A stretch of DNA of 64,000 nt from an uncultured Candidatus Saccharibacteria bacterium (GCA_964642305.1 CAZXOE010000005.1:13369-77368); one strand, 5' to 3'. Shown: positions 30,277 through 40,206, counted from the first letter of the stretch. Notes: generated from the sequence alone by a model not told the origin. Translations and numbers: made by a program.

Positions 30277-31467
30277 TTATTTTTTATTCAGCGAAGCAGG
30301 GATGAAACCATTCTGTTCAAGAACGTGCATCACCCCACGCAGGAGATAATTATTCGCAAAACCGATGGTGTAGATTCTCCCTCCCTTTTTGAGCGGCATC
30401 AGCATCTGTTTTTCCTTAAGCTTTTTAATGATACGCGAGCGCTGCACCGATGACTCTTGCCCGATAATACTTTCGAGGCTACTTGATTTAATGCACATCT
30501 CGGGGGCCTTCACAACTGCACTCAGGATTGCGAATTCTCGCTTAGTGATGTGCTCGCGTTCGAGCGCATATGAAAGTACCGGAAGTAAAATATGTGGGAC
30601 CATGTACGATAGGTCGAGCAACTTGTCGATCTTCTCGATCTCACTTCTCAAGCCACCGAGTACATAGAGGCACCATGCGAGAGTGTTATCACGCTCCCCG
30701 GAGTCTGCTGAAGCGAGCATCTCATAATATTTATCACGATCCATACAGAATATTGCCGTTGGATTTATGATGCGACCATTCTTAACCTGAAATCCCTGCT
30801 TGATTAAAAGTGCATAGGTAAACATTCTAATTAATCGCCCATTACCATTATCAAATGGATGGATCCATGCCATCCGGTGATGTGCAAGGGCAGTAGCAAG
30901 CAAATGATATTGAGTTGCATTTTGGTCGTTGACGAATGCCAATAGTTCGTCAAAGTACTCCTGAACTTTTACGGGACTAGGTGGAACATGCACTGACCCA
31001 CTGATGGATACATCTATTGGCCGCAGGATGCCAGGGTAGCGTGATCCCTCACCTCCTGGAGGTGGAGTAAGTCCATTAACAAGTATCTTGTGAATTTCAG
31101 AAATGAGCGCTCGGTCAAAGACCGTTTTTTTGGTTACGTTCTCATCTATAAAATCAATAGCCTGCTCAATGTTGTAGATTTCCTTGAGACCTTCATCCCC
31201 TGCTTTTTTTGAGGGGTTCTCAATAATCTTTTCCACGAATTCTGCCAGTGTCGTATTGTTCCCCTCTATGCGGGCAGAACCAAGACTTTCAAATATCTGA
31301 AAAATATCCTTCAACTGGAAAAATATGTATGGCGGGACAGGGCCACCGAGCTTTTTCACTCGGAGTTTTTCAAGCTCAATAATGACACCGGCGAGCGAAG
31401 ACCCCCAATCCGGGTCGTAGAGCCGAAGAGGTATTTCTTTGTGCAACTTTTTATTTACCATATTCAT
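30277..31467 (-). CDS. Fic family protein, class II (N-terminal inhibitory helix SxxxEG plus Fic core)
   Basis: Fic motif HPFDNGNGRLIRM; upstream SARIEGN matches the (S/T)xxxE(G/N) inhibitory motif. Confidence 0.8.
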   Translation of the reverse strand: MNMVNKKLHKEIPLRLYDPDWGSSLAGVIIELEKLRVKKLGGPVPPYIFFQLKDIFQIFESLGSARIEGNNTTLAEFVEKIIENPSKKAGDEGLKEIYNIEQAIDFIDENVTKKTVFDRALISEIHKILVNGLTPPPGGEGSRYPGILRPIDVSISGSVHVPPSPVKVQEYFDELLAFVNDQNATQYHLLATALAHHRMAWIHPFDNGNGRLIRMFTYALLIKQGFQVKNGRIINPTAIFCMDRDKYYEMLASADSGERDNTLAWCLYVLGGLRSEIEKIDKLLDLSYMVPHILLPVLSYALEREHITKREFAILSAVVKAPEMCIKSSSLESIIGQESSVQRSRIIKKLKEKQMLMPLKKGGRIYTIGFANNYLLRGVMHVLEQNGFIPASLNKK

Positions 31468-31703
31468 TTTGCTTATTTATCACATTAAAGCATATTCGCT
31501 ATATTATGCAATACATTATGAACGTATAGAAAATCTATTATTTAACAACTCAACCAAATTTATGTAGCTAGCGCTATGTGGCGCTTTTAACATCAGGCTC
31601 GATTCTCAAGCAGCCTCCCCTAAATTTGCAAATCATGAAATCCCCTTATCTCACTTCACTATTTTGAGTTTGTGGTGAGAATGTGCCAATTAGGCAAATT
31701 TAG

Positions 31704-31774
31704 CTGCGAGACCTGGATTCGAACCAAGATAGCGCCCTCCAGAGGGGCGAGTCCTACCATTAGACGATCTCGCA
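31704..31774 (-). tRNA. tRNA-Gln (anticodon CTG)
   Basis: Cloverleaf on the reverse complement: acceptor TGCGAGA/TCTCGCA, anticodon loop CTCTGGA, T-loop GGTTCGAATCC. Confidence 0.8.
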
Positions 31775-31865
31775 ATTACATTGTTATTCCACAATGTAGC
31801 GTCACAATACCCCAAAACCTGCGTTTTTTCAAGCGCGAATAATAACAATTACATTACTGACTGCC

Positions 31866-31911
31866 TATTCGGTACTATAATACCAAATAGGCAGTCAGTG
31901 GATTTGTTTAA
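31866..31911. promoter_or_regulatory. 14 bp perfect inverted repeat bracketing TACTATAAT, upstream of tRNA-Gln
   Basis: ACTGACTGCCTATT ... AATAGGCAGTCAGT. Confidence 0.4.
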
Positions 31912-31934
31912 TTTCATTAATCCACAAACGAGGT

Positions 31935-32249
31935 TTATGCAGATAAATCCATCATATCAAGGACATTCCAGCCACCAGATTTTAGATTTTGTATTGCGCT
32001 AGTGACACTACTCTGATCATCCCCGTATATCTTGAATGTCTGTTTGCTACTATTTACCACAACTACCATTTCAAAGGTTTCATTGTTAAGCTTTTTTAAT
32101 TTTACGCTCTTTCCTTTAGCTTTTACATTTCCCTCTATAACACCAGGAGAAACCTCTACACCGGCTTTTTTCAGAAGTTTTAAAATATCCTTGGAGCCCT
32201 CAATAACTGTCGTATGAGAGCCCCTTTCGTTGATGTGCATTTTTTCCAT
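31935..32249 (-). CDS. Hypothetical protein
   Basis: 104 aa ORF. Confidence 0.35.
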   Translation of the reverse strand: MEKMHINERGSHTTVIEGSKDILKLLKKAGVEVSPGVIEGNVKAKGKSVKLKKLNNETFEMVVVVNSSKQTFKIYGDDQSSVTSAIQNLKSGGWNVLDMMDLSA

Positions 32250-32318
32250 AATAGTTTACTTACAACAAACAACTTACGACTCACAACGGAAGCACCTCTC
32301 CCTTCCCCGTATTTGTGG

Positions 32319-33221
32319 TTAGTTGTCAGTTGTCAGTTGTCTCAAAACATACATATCCTGATTAAAACCACCAACTCCGACTGGTTCCATAGATGGATCC
32401 TTCGTGATGATAAGCTCGTACGGAATGCAATTTGAGCAACCACCCTTCCTCGTCTCCGCGTCATATGCGCCACGAGGACAAACAAATGCATTTTCTACAC
32501 CCTCTCTTTTTGCTGTATCGCGAGCTTCTTTTACTTTTACTGCAACATCTAGCACATCACGACGCGCCTTCTCAATATCTGGCAACTCTTTTTCAACAAG
32601 TTTATCACTTTCCAAATACCAGTAACTCGCTTTTGTCACCTTGCGCTTTTTGTGCAATGCATCGCACAATAATAAATAAATTGGGAGCTGTAGTGAACCA
32701 TTATTTTCCTCATTCTTCCCTGTTTTAAAATCTATAATATGAAGCGAGTTCGTTTCCGGCAGGTATTCAATCCAGTCCACAAGTCCGTTCAAAATAATAT
32801 TATGCTCCTCACTCAGGTAAAAGTTGCACGGCATTTTATCTTGCGGAAGTTTTATACATTTGTTCACGAGAAAACGAGGGTCGCTCGTCACTTTTTCAAG
32901 CATCACTTTTCCTCGCGCTTTAAATTCTGCCTCCTCTTCGTCACTCGTAAACCCGCCCTTTTTGCCAGTCACTTTTTTCCATTCTGCTTCGTAGAGAGCC
33001 AGCAAGTCCCTATTCATACGTTCATCTGACGGGAAATTCGCAAGCCCCTCAAGCACCTCATGAACAGCGACACCTAGCGACATGTGCGGGTTCACAATAG
33101 ACACCTTGTGTCCCGTTTTCGGATCCTTGTACATATTGTGCAAGTAGTATGAACGAGGACATTTAATAAAATCCCCCATTGAAGAGTGTGACACCCATAC
33201 TGCTGAATATTTATCGGGCAT
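32319..33221 (-). CDS. PD-(D/E)xK nuclease, Cas4/RecB-like, with four Cys (probable Fe-S cluster)
   Basis: IIDFKTGK (motif II), QLPIYLLL (QhxxY), N-terminal CPRSYY and C-terminal CPRG...CSNC. Confidence 0.6.
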   Translation of the reverse strand: MPDKYSAVWVSHSSMGDFIKCPRSYYLHNMYKDPKTGHKVSIVNPHMSLGVAVHEVLEGLANFPSDERMNRDLLALYEAEWKKVTGKKGGFTSDEEEAEFKARGKVMLEKVTSDPRFLVNKCIKLPQDKMPCNFYLSEEHNIILNGLVDWIEYLPETNSLHIIDFKTGKNEENNGSLQLPIYLLLCDALHKKRKVTKASYWYLESDKLVEKELPDIEKARRDVLDVAVKVKEARDTAKREGVENAFVCPRGAYDAETRKGGCSNCIPYELIITKDPSMEPVGVGGFNQDMYVLRQLTTDN

Positions 33222-33230
33222 TACTGAACA

Positions 33231-33428
33231 CTAGTTTCTTATTGCTCTTCTATATTCTTCTCCAGCCTGCTTCATTTTTTCGAGAGCCACTACTGCATCC
33301 TGAGAAAGTCTTTGGAACTCGCTATTAATTCGTCGAATCTCCACTATTTGCTCATCTGCCTGTTTTTCATTTTCAGCAATAATCATCTCTATTCTTTTTT
33401 CCGGAGAATTTTCAATTATATTTTCCAT
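33231..33428 (-). CDS. Small coiled-coil hypothetical protein
   Basis: 65 aa ORF. Confidence 0.3.
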   Translation of the reverse strand: MENIIENSPEKRIEMIIAENEKQADEQIVEIRRINSEFQRLSQDAVVALEKMKQAGEEYRRAIRN

Positions 33429-33515
33429 AACATTATATCTACTACCACATTATTAATTCCTTTGTTTTTAAGTATACCACACGATGACTAACCTAAAACC
33501 ACTTTAATCATAGCA

Positions 33516-34034
33516 TCAAATGGTGTTTTTCGCTTGTTTTATAAGTTCATCAAAGATTTTATCATTAAAATTTTCCGGTTTAAATTTCAAAATTGCATTA
33601 GTTGTTTTAATGCAAGTCTGAATTTCCATTTCATTATTTTGACTAACGTACCACTTGAAACTATCAATAGTATCGGCAGCTTTAACGATAAGTGCATCCT
33701 GTCCATTCTGCACACAACGTTTAATCAATTCTATTGTCCTATCTTCTGAATCCTCTATTGAATAGTCTTTGGTACTTGCCAGTACGAGTCGCATTACCTC
33801 ATCACCAAATTTCTCTCGCACCATTTGTTCTGTTGCAGTAGTCCAACCCTCAACCGTGTCATGGAGAAGACCAGCCAAAACGATATCTTGTGCATAACTA
33901 TTTTCGTAAAGATAAACACCGACTCTAATACTATGAAATAAAACGGGTTTTCTACTATTTGCATCTGCAACAAGCACGTATTCAGAAAGAAAGCGCACCC
34001 CTTCTTCAAATTTAATGTTTAGCTCTTTGTTCAT
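33516..34034 (-). CDS. HD-domain hydrolase, RelA/SpoT-type (p)ppGpp-hydrolase-like (small alarmone hydrolase-like)
   Basis: LFHSIRVG ... LLHDTVEG ... FGDEV..LV.ASTKD parallels the SpoT hydrolase HPxxVA ... LLHDVIEDT ... FGxxVAxLVxGVTK pattern. Confidence 0.5.
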   Translation of the reverse strand: MNKELNIKFEEGVRFLSEYVLVADANSRKPVLFHSIRVGVYLYENSYAQDIVLAGLLHDTVEGWTTATEQMVREKFGDEVMRLVLASTKDYSIEDSEDRTIELIKRCVQNGQDALIVKAADTIDSFKWYVSQNNEMEIQTCIKTTNAILKFKPENFNDKIFDELIKQAKNTI

Positions 34035-34152
34035 TGTTATGGTTGATTATATACGAGAAATTATCTCTTGACAAAATAACAGGTATTGGTAATATGTAAT
34101 TAATCACCACGAAAAAGACCCCCGCGAGGTTCCGTCCTCGCAGGGGGCTTTT

Positions 34153-34650
34153 TCATTTTCCTCGCTCAATGTTCTTCCGCTTATCGTTCAAATATACGAT
34201 CGAGGCGTTTGTCCTCTTAAGCAAGATCGAACACTTCTCTTTTAAGCTTGGAGAGATAATGACACTTAATTTATTTATCTCAAGTAAAAATTTCACTAGC
34301 CCTGCATAATCACCATCGCTCGACACAATGACTGCTTGGGAGAATTTATTTTCATATGAATCTCTGGTGATCTGCAAAACCAAATCAGCATCACAATTCC
34401 CCTTAGGCTTCCTGTTGCTATTGTAAACGATTTCTTTAAACACCAGAATGAACCCGCATTCTTGAAGATAAACATATAAATCGGTATATTTATCAATAAG
34501 TCCTATGAAGATATACGCGTTTGCAACACCGTACTTTTCAGAAAGTAAGATTCTAAACTTTTTATAGTCGAGCTTCCATCCGAGCCCTTCAGTTGCATTA
34601 TGGAGGTTTGCCGCATCAATATATGCAAAATTATTCCGAGGTTTTTTCAT
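34153..34650 (-). CDS. NYN-domain (PIN-like) protein
   Basis: AYIDAANL, DADLVL and VSSDGDY acidic triad pattern; begins 5 bp after the pyrG stop. Confidence 0.65.
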   Translation of the reverse strand: MKKPRNNFAYIDAANLHNATEGLGWKLDYKKFRILLSEKYGVANAYIFIGLIDKYTDLYVYLQECGFILVFKEIVYNSNRKPKGNCDADLVLQITRDSYENKFSQAVIVSSDGDYAGLVKFLLEINKLSVIISPSLKEKCSILLKRTNASIVYLNDKRKNIERGK

Positions 34651-34655
34651 GAGAA

Positions 34656-36311
34656 TTACTTCTGTTTCCCCTTTGCGACCGCCGCTTTAATGAACGCGGT
34701 GAAAATTGGGTGCGGACTCAATGGGCGCGCTTCAAACTCAGGATGAAACTGTGTGCCCACAAAGAAGGGGTGTACATCAGACGGGAGTTCAGCAATCTCC
34801 ATCAGGAGGCCGTTGGGTGACTTCCCAGAGAACACTAAGCCTGCTGCCTCAATGGCCTCCACGTACTCTGGGTTGACCTCAAAACGATGACGGTGTCTTT
34901 CCACTATCTGTGACTGTCCGTAGGCCTTCTGTGCAAGAGAGCCCTTTTTGAGCACCGCAGGATATGCTCCAAGGCGCATACTTCCACCCAAATTCCCCTT
35001 CTCCATATTTTCTTTTTGTCCTTCCATGATGTCAACGATAATGTGTTTCGACTTTGGATCAATCTCGCGTGATGTCGCGTCCTTGAAACCAAGAACGTTG
35101 CGCGCGTATTCAATGACAGCGAGTTGCATGCCGTAGCAGATGCCAAAATATGGAATCTTGTGCTCGCGAGCAAAACGAATAACATTGAGCTTACCCTCTA
35201 CACCACGTGAGCCGAAGCCACCCGGCACGAGGATGCCGTCAAAACCAATGAGCTCCGCAAGAGGCGCGTCCTTTCCTTCAAACGTGCCAGACGAGAGCCA
35301 CACAAGCTTTGCCTTTTTACCCTGCGCTATTGCGGAGTACTTTAGCGCCTCAATAATAGAGAGATACGAGTCCGCGAGAACGTAGTCACCAGTGTCAAAA
35401 TATTTTCCTACAACCGCTATGCGCACCTCGTCACTCACTCTGCTTGCCTTCTTTGCAAAAGCCTCCCACTCTTTCCATCTGTCATTGCTTCCGCGTGACT
35501 TCAACTTCAATCGCTTCAATATCTTCTCCCCAAGTTTGTCCTTCTCAAAGTTACCAGGAATATCATAAATACTATCTACGTCAGGAGCAGATATAACGCC
35601 GTCAGGGAGCATGTTGCAAAAGAGCGCGAGCTTTTCTTTTCGCTTGCTATCCAAGGCAACATCACTGCGCGCGATAATAAAATCTGGCTGAATCCCAGCA
35701 CTATTGAGAGCGCGTACTGCATGCTGTGTAGGCTTTGTTTTCATCTCACCAACTTTTGATGGCGTAGGCAAATAACTCACGATTGCAAAAAGAACATCAT
35801 CAGGATTCTTTATTTTGAGCATCCTCGCAGTCTCAAGAAAAAGGATGTTCTCATATTCGCCCACAGTGCCACCAACCTCTATGACGACAATCTCAGCATT
35901 TGCCTTGTCTACAGCATTGTTTATGCGATCGATTACCTCATACGGTATATGTGGAACCACCTGCACACACTTGCCTTTGTACGCCAGCGCGCGTTCCTTC
36001 TCAATAACAGAGAGATATACGCGTCCAGTCGTCATATAGCTATCTCGTGAGAGTGATGTGTCGAGAAAGCGCTCGTAGTTGCCCATGTCCTGATCCGTCT
36101 CGTCGCCGTCCTTGAGCACAAACACTTCGCCGTGCTCTGTGGGGTTCATTGTTCCAGCATCCACGTTTACATACGGGTCAATCTTCATCGCGGTCACCTT
36201 GTAACCATGCGACTGCAAAATCTTTCCAATAGAGGAAGTTGTTATTCCCTTGCCGACTCCAGAAATCACGCCTCCAACTACAAAAATATATTTGCGTGTT
36301 TTCTTTTTCAT
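34656..36311 (-). CDS. pyrG: CTP synthase
   Basis: N-terminal synthetase domain (GGVISGVGKG) and C-terminal glutamine amidotransferase (GICYGMQ, HPEF). Confidence 0.95.
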   Translation of the reverse strand: MKKKTRKYIFVVGGVISGVGKGITTSSIGKILQSHGYKVTAMKIDPYVNVDAGTMNPTEHGEVFVLKDGDETDQDMGNYERFLDTSLSRDSYMTTGRVYLSVIEKERALAYKGKCVQVVPHIPYEVIDRINNAVDKANAEIVVIEVGGTVGEYENILFLETARMLKIKNPDDVLFAIVSYLPTPSKVGEMKTKPTQHAVRALNSAGIQPDFIIARSDVALDSKRKEKLALFCNMLPDGVISAPDVDSIYDIPGNFEKDKLGEKILKRLKLKSRGSNDRWKEWEAFAKKASRVSDEVRIAVVGKYFDTGDYVLADSYLSIIEALKYSAIAQGKKAKLVWLSSGTFEGKDAPLAELIGFDGILVPGGFGSRGVEGKLNVIRFAREHKIPYFGICYGMQLAVIEYARNVLGFKDATSREIDPKSKHIIVDIMEGQKENMEKGNLGGSMRLGAYPAVLKKGSLAQKAYGQSQIVERHRHRFEVNPEYVEAIEAAGLVFSGKSPNGLLMEIAELPSDVHPFFVGTQFHPEFEARPLSPHPIFTAFIKAAVAKGKQK

Positions 36312-36457
36312 AATGATTTTAAATGTTATTTTTTGTAACTGATCACGCGCCTCGCATACAAGGCGTAGGCATATTGTTTTTTTGAGCCGTACTTTGGATA
36401 CGGTGAGATAAAACTATATGTTTACAACGCAGTAGGCGAGGATGTGTGGTCAGTTAC

Positions 36458-37390
36458 TCATTTTGATGTTAAATATTTTCTAACAGCTAGGTAGCTAGAT
36501 ACTGCGCCAAGCGCGATACCAGAAAGTATGATGATGAGAAAAATCTGAACGAAGTTTGCTACAAAATACTGAAGCAAATCAACGCCTCCATAAAATACCT
36601 GCGTGGTGCTTTTAAGCCAATATGTTATTGGGTAAAATAAAATGAGGGTGAGAAATGCCGCAACAAGTCCATACAGGATACCCTCCACAACAAACGGCCC
36701 GCGAACATACTCATTGCTTCCACCAACAAGTCGCATAACACCAATCTCGTCGCGAGCAATGAATATAGCGAGACGGATAGTGTTGAATGTGATCAAAATA
36801 GAAATACCAATCATGACAGCCGTAATGATACTGCCGAGCTTTTTAACACCGGTAATTAGCCTTGAGAGGCGCTCGATTGCAACCTTGTTATCATTGTAAT
36901 TGACCTTGCTAATTATAGAAATCATACTGCCTTCAGAAAGCTCGGATTTATTTGAAAGAAAGTTTGCAATGCCTTGATACTGAGATGGTTCCTTTGCCTT
37001 CACTGTCAGCGCCGCTGGAAGTGGGTTGTCGCCTATCTCGTCTAACGCCTGAATGATGCGATGATCATTTTCATGGCGAGCGCGGAATGCTGTTAACGCA
37101 TCCTCCCGTGAAATATATGTGACCCTTTCAACTTCAGGAATTGTTTCTATCTGCTTTTTCAAGCTAAGAATTGATTCCTCACTAGCTTTCGCGTCTACAT
37201 AAATATTGATATCAATTTTGTCCTGAAGGTCTCGCAATGCTGTACCTAAAAATGCCGTAATGAGCAGAGTGGAGGCAATCATAAACAGCGCAACAATCAT
37301 CACAAAAACAGCAGATAATGAAACACTGCCGTTTCGCCAGAAACTAATAAAGCCTGCTTTTATAATTCGTTTGAGTGCTGTCCAAAACAT
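36458..37390 (-). CDS. ftsX: Cell division permease FtsX
   Basis: Four-TM FtsX topology; follows ftsE. Confidence 0.8.
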   Translation of the reverse strand: MFWTALKRIIKAGFISFWRNGSVSLSAVFVMIVALFMIASTLLITAFLGTALRDLQDKIDINIYVDAKASEESILSLKKQIETIPEVERVTYISREDALTAFRARHENDHRIIQALDEIGDNPLPAALTVKAKEPSQYQGIANFLSNKSELSEGSMISIISKVNYNDNKVAIERLSRLITGVKKLGSIITAVMIGISILITFNTIRLAIFIARDEIGVMRLVGGSNEYVRGPFVVEGILYGLVAAFLTLILFYPITYWLKSTTQVFYGGVDLLQYFVANFVQIFLIIILSGIALGAVSSYLAVRKYLTSK

Positions 37391-37538
37391 GTTGATTGTA
37401 TTATTCTACCACCTATCCTTTAATTGTGAAACTTGCATGATCCAATCAAAATTTCAAATGTCTAATTTACAATTTCTAAACAAAATTATGAATTATTTAA
37501 AAATTAGAAATTTAATATTTAAAATTTTGTAGCTACTG

Positions 37539-38219
37539 CTACAAAGCGTATTTCCCAGTAGAGTCATCTCGTATAACTTTACCATGATCCATCGTTATTA
37601 CACGCTTGCCTAGCGCCTCCACGACTCCTTTATTGTGCGTTGTCAGAATTACAGTAGTCCCCATATCATTGATTTTCTTCAAAATCTGAACAATTTCATA
37701 AGTGTTAATGGGGTCAAGGTTCCCAGTAGGCTCATCGGCAATAATAAGATCTGGGTGGTTTACAATAGCGCGAGCAATGGCAACGCGCTGAAGCTCCCCA
37801 CCTGAAAGCTGACGTGGGAAATTCCACATTTTTTTTGTAAGATCTACAAGCTCCAATACGTGAGGCACGTCGGACGCAATTTCTTCGTCTGACTTACCAG
37901 CCACTTCCATTGCAAATGCAACATTTTCGTATGCTGTCTTATTTGGAAGAAGGCGGAAGTCTTGAAAAATGACACCAATGCGACGGCGAAGCGTTGGTAC
38001 GTCCTTTGCCTTTATTCTCGCGAGGTTAACAGAGTCAAATGATACGCTTCCATTTGTCGGGTGATCCTCTCCCAAAAGAAGCTTCACGAGTGTTGTCTTC
38101 CCAGCGCCAGAATGTCCAACAATTGAGACAAATTCTCCGTCCTTTACCGTTAGCGTTACACCGTCAATTGCCTTTGTACCATCTGGGTAGCATTTTGAAA
38201 CATTGTCGAAGTAAATCAT
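37539..38219 (-). CDS. ftsE: Cell division ATP-binding protein FtsE
   Basis: Walker A GHSGAGKTT, LSGGELQR, ADEPTGNLD. Confidence 0.85.
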   Translation of the reverse strand: MIYFDNVSKCYPDGTKAIDGVTLTVKDGEFVSIVGHSGAGKTTLVKLLLGEDHPTNGSVSFDSVNLARIKAKDVPTLRRRIGVIFQDFRLLPNKTAYENVAFAMEVAGKSDEEIASDVPHVLELVDLTKKMWNFPRQLSGGELQRVAIARAIVNHPDLIIADEPTGNLDPINTYEIVQILKKINDMGTTVILTTHNKGVVEALGKRVITMDHGKVIRDDSTGKYAL

Positions 38220-38336
38220 TCTGACATTTTAGCAAAAAATATTAAATGAGGGAAATGGCACACCATAATGTTTTACTAATATAAAAATGCCCACTACTTG
38301 CTTGGTAGCGGGCATTTGATGCCGAAGGTGTAGACT

Positions 38337-39101
38337 TTAAACCTTCGCGTATTTGTTGATAATTTCAATCGTGGATTTCCCCCCTACAACAGGGATAGAC
38401 TTCACTGCAATAGACACGAAGTGTTCCTCGCTAAGTGCCATCATGTAGGCAACAGCGATATCCTTGATTGATCCATTGAGTGGCATAATGAGCGGGTCTC
38501 CTCTCCATGAGGGAAGTGGGCTCCCATCCTTCATGTAGGTCGTAACGCAGAATCCAAACCCTGCGTTGACCTCGTCATAGTTATAGTGGAACCGATCACA
38601 CGCAAATCCAAACACGGACCTTCGCAGGACGGCGAGTTGGACAGAGGGAGCGCTCCCGTTTGTTACGCATTGCCCGGTAATTCTCGGGGTGAAGTTGGGC
38701 GCATCAGGCTCGTATTGTTGAGCGCGCAACGAGTGCTGAAGGGATTCTCCGTTCGTTCCAAACAACTGCGCATCACGGATTACATCATCAGTTTGAGACC
38801 CATTACTTACCACATAGCAATCCTTGTGCTCAGCCATTGCGGTATAGATGACAAGACTCGGGTCTTGCATTTTCGCCGGGTCTGCCGCTTCGGTGAAAAG
38901 GCGACTATTTTCGTCAGAACAGAAAACTCGATTCCTGCTATTTTCGCTTCGCCCCATAATCCAGTAGACCTGGATTAGATTTTCTCCTGTTTCATCCCGC
39001 CCTATGACAATTCCGCGTCCAGGGTACGAACTTAAGGAAAGATTGAGCAAGTTTACTGCCGCCTTTAACCGATTTGAATCCTTGATAAGACTCGTGCTCA
39101 T
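38337..39101 (-). CDS. Hypothetical protein, possibly PurO-like IMP cyclohydrolase family; somewhat GC-rich
   Basis: N-terminal GRGIVIGRDETG...YWIMGRSENSRNR resembles the PurO N-terminus (weak, from memory). Confidence 0.3.
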   Translation of the reverse strand: MSTSLIKDSNRLKAAVNLLNLSLSSYPGRGIVIGRDETGENLIQVYWIMGRSENSRNRVFCSDENSRLFTEAADPAKMQDPSLVIYTAMAEHKDCYVVSNGSQTDDVIRDAQLFGTNGESLQHSLRAQQYEPDAPNFTPRITGQCVTNGSAPSVQLAVLRRSVFGFACDRFHYNYDEVNAGFGFCVTTYMKDGSPLPSWRGDPLIMPLNGSIKDIAVAYMMALSEEHFVSIAVKSIPVVGGKSTIEIINKYAKV

Positions 39102-39189
39102 GGAAACCTCCTTGTTGGTTAGTTAGAACAAACGTTCCGCCCTCAACTCTAGGTTATCAGCAAATAAATGTCAATCACCACAAATTACT

Positions 39190-40080
39190 TTAGAGACCTT
39201 TTTCCGCCTCTAAAAACACCCCTATCTCCCCGTCTTCAAGAACAGCGTCAACGTTTGAGGTTTCTACATTTGTGCGATGGTCCTTCACCATTTTATATGG
39301 ATGAAGCACGTATGAGCGAATTTGATTCCCCCACTCTATCTCAGTGGTCTTTGAAATATACATTCCGCTTTCTGTGGCCTTTCTCTCGTCATCCTGTTTC
39401 TTAAAAAGTTTACCTTTCAAAATCTGTACAGCCTTTTCGCGGTTCTGCTCCTGCGAGCGCTCGGTCTCCACATGCACAGCGATGCCAGTCGGTATATGCA
39501 CCACACGCACTGCTGTCTCACGCTTGTTCACATTCTGCCCTCCAGGACCAGACGAGCGACTAAACTCAATCTTAATGTCGTCTGCTGGGATATTGATATC
39601 GTCGCTTCCACTGTCCTTGAAATCTGGGATAACTTCAACCATTGAAAAAGATGTGTGACGGAGCTGTTTTGCGTTAAAAGGAGAAATGCGAACAAGGCGA
39701 TGCACGCCAGATTCATTCTTTAGCATACCGTATGCATTCTTGCCGTGAATCTCGAGTGTGATGTTGCGATACCCACCGTGATCATTTTTATTCTCATGCA
39801 GAAGCTTTACTTCAAAATTCTGCTTCTCAAAAAACTTTAGGTACATACGCACGAGCATCCCAGAAAAATCCTCTGCATCATCCCCGCCCGCGCCCGAAAA
39901 AATAGTCATCACTGCATTACCACGATCATATTTACCTACGCCAGCAATTTTTTCTTTAAGCTCTGCGATTTCCTTTATTACCGACTGAGCGTGTATTTTG
40001 TCAGACCAAAAATCCACAGAATTCATTTCTGCCTCAAGCTCTAGAATTTTCGCCTGCATTTGCTCCTTTGACTGTTGCAT
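39190..40080 (-). CDS. prfB: Peptide chain release factor 2, N-terminally short form with no upstream frameshift window
   Basis: SPF tripeptide and GGQ (SGPGGQNVNK). An extended -10 (TGCTATAAT) lies 7 nt upstream of the ATG. Confidence 0.85.
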   Translation of the reverse strand: MQQSKEQMQAKILELEAEMNSVDFWSDKIHAQSVIKEIAELKEKIAGVGKYDRGNAVMTIFSGAGGDDAEDFSGMLVRMYLKFFEKQNFEVKLLHENKNDHGGYRNITLEIHGKNAYGMLKNESGVHRLVRISPFNAKQLRHTSFSMVEVIPDFKDSGSDDINIPADDIKIEFSRSSGPGGQNVNKRETAVRVVHIPTGIAVHVETERSQEQNREKAVQILKGKLFKKQDDERKATESGMYISKTTEIEWGNQIRSYVLHPYKMVKDHRTNVETSNVDAVLEDGEIGVFLEAEKGL

Positions 40081-40206
40081 ATGCTAGAGATTATAGCAGA
40101 AATCCAAAGGTTTTTTTGAGCTTGACAATAACCTCCAAACCTGCTATACTGTTTAAGAAGTAACTGGTCTTTTCACTAATGTAGTCACTAAGGAAGGAAG
40201 TATATT

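Noticed and set aside
32318-32341. AGTTGTC x3 tandem heptamer
   Set aside because: It lies inside the last codons of the nuclease gene (encodes ...QLTTDN*). It is too short to be a CRISPR array or a regulatory array, and no spacer-repeat architecture exists anywhere in the window.
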